64,000 nt of DNA. It comes from Octopus bimaculoides. Lineage: Eukaryota. Position 1 is the stretch's first letter; every line of letters starts with the position of its first letter. The notes beneath the pieces were generated by a model. It worked only from the letters and a program-made list of their open reading frames with translations. It was not told the DNA's origin and made no database searches. The stretch spans positions 32,889,974 to 32,953,973 of the forward strand of contig NC_068995.1 in the NCBI RefSeq assembly GCF_001194135.2, written 5' to 3'. This document shows positions 61,701 through 64,000 of the stretch, piece by piece. The translations under genes were made by a program, and so were the position numbers.

Positions 61701-62513
61701 ATCTAATTCTGTTGTTTTCCTCTAATTTTTAAAACTATTAAGTTTGTTGGAGTGTTTCTTATTAAATTAATATTTAAACTGGCCATATCCAGCCCAAAAT
61801 ATTCTACCTGTCTTACATTCAAACTGACCGCATTCAGCCTCTCACACCTATACTACAGTGCTATTCTAAAACTAAACAATCACATTGTTGAAATCTTGAA
61901 GCTACATGATAATGCACGATAAATTCAAAACAATGTGAATAAATAAGCATTGCATATTACAGTAATCTGAATGCTAAAGGTTAATGGTGTCTTTCTTTCA
62001 GACATTCTAACAAAATATTTTTTTGGTTTGTTTAGATTTCACTTACACCAGTTAATTTTATTTCACTATAACTCCCACCATCACTTACTACCACTTCATT
62101 GATGTTGCAGCCACTCCTCTAATGCTATCACTACTTCTACCATTCTTACTGTCACGGCTATTTGTATTATACCACTATCATTACCAAACGCTCCTGCTAT
62201 TTCTCTGTTATTTCTATTCACATAATTCCACTATTATTACCAGTCACTATACTTCTATCATTATTAGTAAATCATTTCCCCCTCTATCTTTTCTAAATTA
62301 TTAAGTTAGCAATTTTTTTTCTTTTGACTTTCTTCTGCAGGTCTTGCTAATTTAACAAACAAGATGCGTGGAACTTGCTATGGTCTCACAGCAAAATGGT
62401 CTGCATCCCAAAAACGGAAGATGGGAACATATTGGCTTTATAAGGCTTTTCAAATTTTTCTGGCTGAAGGAGAGCGTCAAATCTTTCCTATTGATCTCGA
62501 CTATAAAAGTTGA
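29565..62513 (+). CDS. ANKLE1: ANKLE1/LEM-3-like ankyrin-LEM-GIY-YIG endonuclease gene (span of 8 recognised coding exons; 5' exon missing)
   Basis: Manual splicing gives one open frame (6862 nt; 1 nt + 2287 codons including TGA at 62511-62513). Domain order is ankyrin repeats, long linker, LEM-like PGPITSATR, then FTYLLLDPR...IFYVGKG...LHCFQ...EAHSREAC...LTN...FLAEGERQ, motifs characteristic of the ANKLE1 family. Confidence 0.95.
32891..33111. mobile_element. Mariner-derived MITE (about 220 bp)
   Basis: TIRs cgagggagtactgaaaagttcctgg / ccaagaacttttcagtagccccttgta, similar to the TIR style of the element at 17986-18862. Confidence 0.65.
34912..34957 (-). ncRNA. Minimal type I hammerhead-ribozyme-like motif (Penelope-like element type), probably decayed
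   Basis: The minus strand reads GACAC-CUGAUGA-A-UGCUGG-AGGGUAUA-UCAGGU-GAAA-C-GUU-GUGUU. It has the core boxes CUGAUGA and GAAA, stem I GACAC/GUGUU and a minimal palindromic stem III; stem II has two mismatches next to the core. Confidence 0.6.
35010..35101 (+). mobile_element. Short tRNA-like SINE fragment with B box (gttcgattcc 35065-35074) and (AAT)n tail
   Basis: B-box-like motif and simple-repeat tail read directly; no intact cloverleaf seen. Confidence 0.35.
35250..35815 (-). mobile_element. 3' fragment of an L1/Tx1-like non-LTR retrotransposon ORF2
   Basis: The minus strand reads DKLYQHRSAVSRACLRCAQCDETVLHALIQCPSIADLWVYVEQLLSRVG...VAKEVAWWTRLKG...FFKFHLKRKMRVERE, including a CxxC...ET..H....C zinc-knuckle typical of the L1/Tx1 C-terminus. 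The 3' boundary is approximate. Confidence 0.75.
37047..37263. mobile_element. Second piggyBac-type MITE family (ttaacccttttgttacc...ggtatccaaagggttaa)
   Basis: TTAA-CCC...GGG-TTAA termini; a related 5' end lies at about 31770. Confidence 0.55.
40871..41024 (+). mobile_element. RTE 3'-tail retroposon copy
   Basis: Same sequence as 149-297; ends in (GAT)n. Confidence 0.75.
41338..41443 (+). CDS. ANKLE1: ANKLE1 coding exon B (ankyrin): (R)TQEGVTPLHIAATWGNTDTLKLLLKNGGDITLRDV
   Basis: Acceptor tttttcactccag| and donor gtt|gtaagt. 106 nt, canonical ankyrin TPLHIAA..G...LKLLL..GGD, and the phase fits exon A (AG+G = Arg). Confidence 0.93.
43355..43490 (+). CDS. ANKLE1: ANKLE1 coding exon C: DGNTALDMAQNYAHEDCIKILQRHSQKLKSKLDAHMRQLKRSRSL
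   Basis: Acceptor ttttcacattctag| and donor ctaa|gtaagt. 136 nt, with DGNTALD.A, the typical start of a terminal ankyrin repeat; ends in phase 1. Confidence 0.9.
45310..45691 (-). mobile_element. tRNA-headed SINE family C, inverted copy
   Basis: Reverse complement of 22008-22390; the ORF track gives near-identical translations (MVNPAVLFHHNFLSLF...). Confidence 0.75.
46979..52822 (+). CDS. ANKLE1: ANKLE1 giant coding exon D (5844 nt): S/E/Q/N/K-rich linker ending in a LEM-like motif
   Basis: Acceptor tattttgttttttag| at 46978, in frame with the 1965-aa ORF 47011-52908. Donor cccag|gtaagg at 52823. Phase 1 to phase 1, matching exons C and E; no stop codons over 5.8 kb. Confidence 0.9.
52672..52785 (+). 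other. LEM-like motif SFTDDGLKKIFVDFDLPLPGPITSATRGMYINRLKAIA
   Basis: Matches the LEM consensus pattern (helix, PGPI.xxTR.xY.xxL, helix) and lies just before the GIY-YIG region, as in ANKLE1. Confidence 0.75.
53785..54344. repeat. Inverted duplication around N gap 54124-54145
   Basis: The left arm (53785-54123) is the reverse complement of about 54163-54344, apart from about 3 substitutions and the RTE tail that is present only in the left arm. Confidence 0.85.
53812..53980 (+). mobile_element. RTE 3'-tail retroposon copy with (GAT)n tail
   Basis: Near-identical to the other tail copies; the empty site is visible in the inverted duplicate at about 54300-54344. Confidence 0.8.
54651..54854 (+). 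CDS. ANKLE1: ANKLE1 coding exon E: (D)YPVTLRQAMRELPNW...KHFFTYLLLDPRVTKNLPLQASKI
   Basis: Acceptor ttttattgccag| and donor attg|gtgagc. 204 nt, with the FTYLLLDPR motif (ANKLE1 GIY-equivalent strand). Confidence 0.93.
54895..55430 (+). pseudogene. Heavily decayed RTE LINE ORF2 3' fragment
   Basis: Translation with stops and shifts resembles ARIRI.W..F..LL..LVTRGFSLRVKG.L.DACV.TAMLHGSETWA.NAEDM..LE, the RTE C-terminal region. Boundaries are approximate. Confidence 0.6.
56604..58045 (-). mobile_element. Decayed Tc1/mariner-superfamily transposon interrupted by an RTE tail
   Basis: TIR-like ends gagggtgcatcagtttt (56604) and aaactgacacaccctgta (58045). Minus-frame remnants QD.A/PSHKARTTQ.W...NLHDHV...WG..ERKVNQQPH...KSAIISTMSKIEKDHLIQAC. 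Confidence 0.65.
56627..57025 (-). mobile_element. Longer RTE 3'-tail retroposon copy (about 400 bp) nested in the Tc1-like element
   Basis: Reverse complement of the 1-297 sequence plus extra upstream sequence; (CAT)n tail at about 56627-56640. Confidence 0.75.
58094..58218 (+). CDS. ANKLE1: ANKLE1 coding exon F: (G)DKSELFRNFVHAIFYVGKGTRDRPYSHLYDAMKRLNSKETK
   Basis: Acceptor tttttgttttcag| and donor aag|gtaagc. 125 nt, with IFYVGKG..R.RP..HL, the YIG motif of the ANKLE1 nuclease. Confidence 0.95.
58726..60170 (+). repeat. Exact 241-bp direct duplication (58726-58966 = 59930-60170) flanking N gap 58967-59657
   Basis: Read base by base as identical with an offset of 1204; both copies end in the polypyrimidine tract of the exon G acceptor. 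Confidence 0.9.
60174..60303 (+). CDS. ANKLE1: ANKLE1 coding exon G: NDEKLSHIIDIWNDERGVISLHCFQGVTSEEAHSREACILDVI
   Basis: Acceptor tttttttttcag| and donor attg|gtaatg. 130 nt, with the conserved IxDIW...GVxSLHCFQ...EA..REAC motifs. Confidence 0.95.
62341..62513 (+). CDS. ANKLE1: ANKLE1 last coding exon H: (G)LANLTNKMRGTCYGLTAKWSASQKRKMGTYWLYKAFQIFLAEGERQIFPIDLDYKS*
   Basis: Acceptor tttcttctgcag|. Contains LTN..G.CYG...W and FLAEGERQ, the typical ANKLE1 C-terminus; TGA at 62511-62513. Confidence 0.95.
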
Positions 62514-62933
62514 TCGCTGTATTCTTGATCCACTGTATGCTATAACTCTTCAACACATCTTTTCATATTCTGCATTCAATGATTGCCATCCATGCATATT
62601 TCTCTTACAGCACCCGGTCTGCCACATACATTTTGTTCTCTTGCCATTATCAACAATGTCATGTACCTAACTTTCAAAATTTTTAATAAGCAGTCAATTC
62701 ATTATACCTGTGCATATANNNNNNNNNNNNNNNNNNNNNNNNNNNNNNNNNNNNNNNNNNNNNNNNNNNNNNNNNNNNNNNNNNNNNNNNNNNNNNNNNN
62801 NNNNNNNNNNNNNNNNNNNNNNNNNNNNNNNNNNNNNNNNTATATATACGCACACACACACTCACACACACACACACACATATATATATATACACACATA
62901 TACGTGTATATTATATATGCATACATATGTGTG

Positions 62934-62969
<36 letters not shown>

Positions 62970-63037
62970 ATATATATTTTTCAATAATTTATTTTTGGTG
63001 ACTAAAAATGAAAATACTTTGTACAAAATTTTTGTTG

Positions 63038-63043
63038 AATAAA
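63038..63043 (+). terminator. Candidate polyadenylation signal AATAAA for ANKLE1
   Basis: First clear AATAAA I noticed, about 525 nt after the stop. The hexamer is common in AT-rich DNA and part of the UTR is N, so this is weak. Confidence 0.25.
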
Positions 63044-64000
63044 ATTGTGGATATTTTTACTGACTTCCTGGATGGAGAATGAAGGATGTTGTTTTCTCTC
63101 AAATTCATCCACTATGCATATTTTTTATATCATATCAATTTCTATTAGTTTCTATTCTTAAATGAAATTTTCTGTGTGCCTATTTACAGATTTTTATTAT
63201 GTTTTAAAGGGATGAAGCAGGGAGGGTAAAACCATTCCTTTTGTATTTCAAAATTAAATATTAAATTTTTTTTCATATCAAAAATATGAAAATGTTGATA
63301 ATGCAAAGCATTAAACCCATCATTTCAGAAATTTAAGTATTAATAACTCTAGCTATTTCTCTATTATGTAGCTCAAGTTGTTTGTACCATAATTATATAT
63401 ACATGTAGCAAACCACATCATATACTACAAACACATAATTGCTATCCATTTTGATTAAGTTTTGTTTTATTACTGTTTCAACCATAAGCATTCAATTCGC
63501 AACGCTTTTCCCTAGTTACATATTACACTTTAATAGCATTGTTGATATTAAAACTGATTTTGTTTAGAGCTGGTAGAATCGTTAGCACACCGGGCAAAAT
63601 GTTTAGCAGTATTTCGTCCATCTTTACATTCTGAGTTCAAATTTTGTTGAGGTCCACTTTGCCTTTCAGGGTTGATCAGGGTGGATTCAGCTGAACACTG
63701 GGATCAATGTAATCGACTTACTTTTTTTGAAACTGCTGGCCTTGTGGCAAAATTTGAATTCAATATTAAAAATAGTTTTTTCTCTAATGATAGGCATATT
63801 TTAGAATATTTTGGTTATCTCATACCTTGGAGAATTTATTAATTTGAAGGGTTTAAAAAAAAAATTTTTTTTATAAATGTTTTTTAGCAGAATTGTTAGC
63901 ACATTGGGCAAAATGCTTGACAGTATTTTGTCCATCTTCATGTTCTGAGTTCAAATTCCTCTGAGGTCGACTTTGCCTTTCATCTTTTCGGAGTCGATGA

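Noticed and set aside
34912-62513. A link between the Penelope-type hammerhead and the host gene's GIY-YIG domain (PLEs also encode GIY-YIG)
   Set aside because: ANKLE1 is an ancient multi-exon cellular gene and the motif is an antisense intronic remnant; nothing in the sequence supports a connection.
1-64000. Recurrent 150-400 bp repeats suggesting a CRISPR-like or regularly spaced array
   Set aside because: They are dispersed on both strands with variable truncation and simple-repeat tails, so they are retroposons or MITEs; the context is eukaryotic.

Overview
AT-rich eukaryotic (metazoan) genomic DNA with many microsatellites, SINEs, MITEs, decayed transposons and several N gaps. The repeat landscape looks like an octopus/coleoid cephalopod genome (inference from recalled repeat families, not verified). 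One protein-coding gene is well supported: a + strand ANKLE1/LEM-3 orthologue (ankyrin repeats, LEM-like motif, C-terminal GIY-YIG nuclease). I reconstructed 8 coding exons by hand: 29565-29708, 41338-41443, 43355-43490, 46979-52822, 54651-54854, 58094-58218, 60174-60303 and 62341-62513. All have AG/GT boundaries and consistent phases, and they total 6862 nt (about 2286 aa to the stop). The first coding exon was not found. The main oddity is a single 5844-nt exon encoding about 1950 aa of mostly low-complexity linker. It contains an array of [YF]-x-S-[VA]-Q-[EG] repeats resembling phospho-FFAT motifs, an NES-like motif and the LEM-like motif. Non-coding highlights: a minimal type I hammerhead-ribozyme-like motif (34912-34957, minus strand), two 200-300 bp near-perfect palindromes, an inverted duplication that preserves the empty site of a retroposon insertion, and an exact 241-bp duplication across a gap. 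There is no CRISPR array, rRNA or prokaryotic-type system. Most short ORFs in the track are noise from microsatellites, repeats or N gaps. I found no wholly new system; the best leads are the giant-exon motif array and the ribozyme-like motif.
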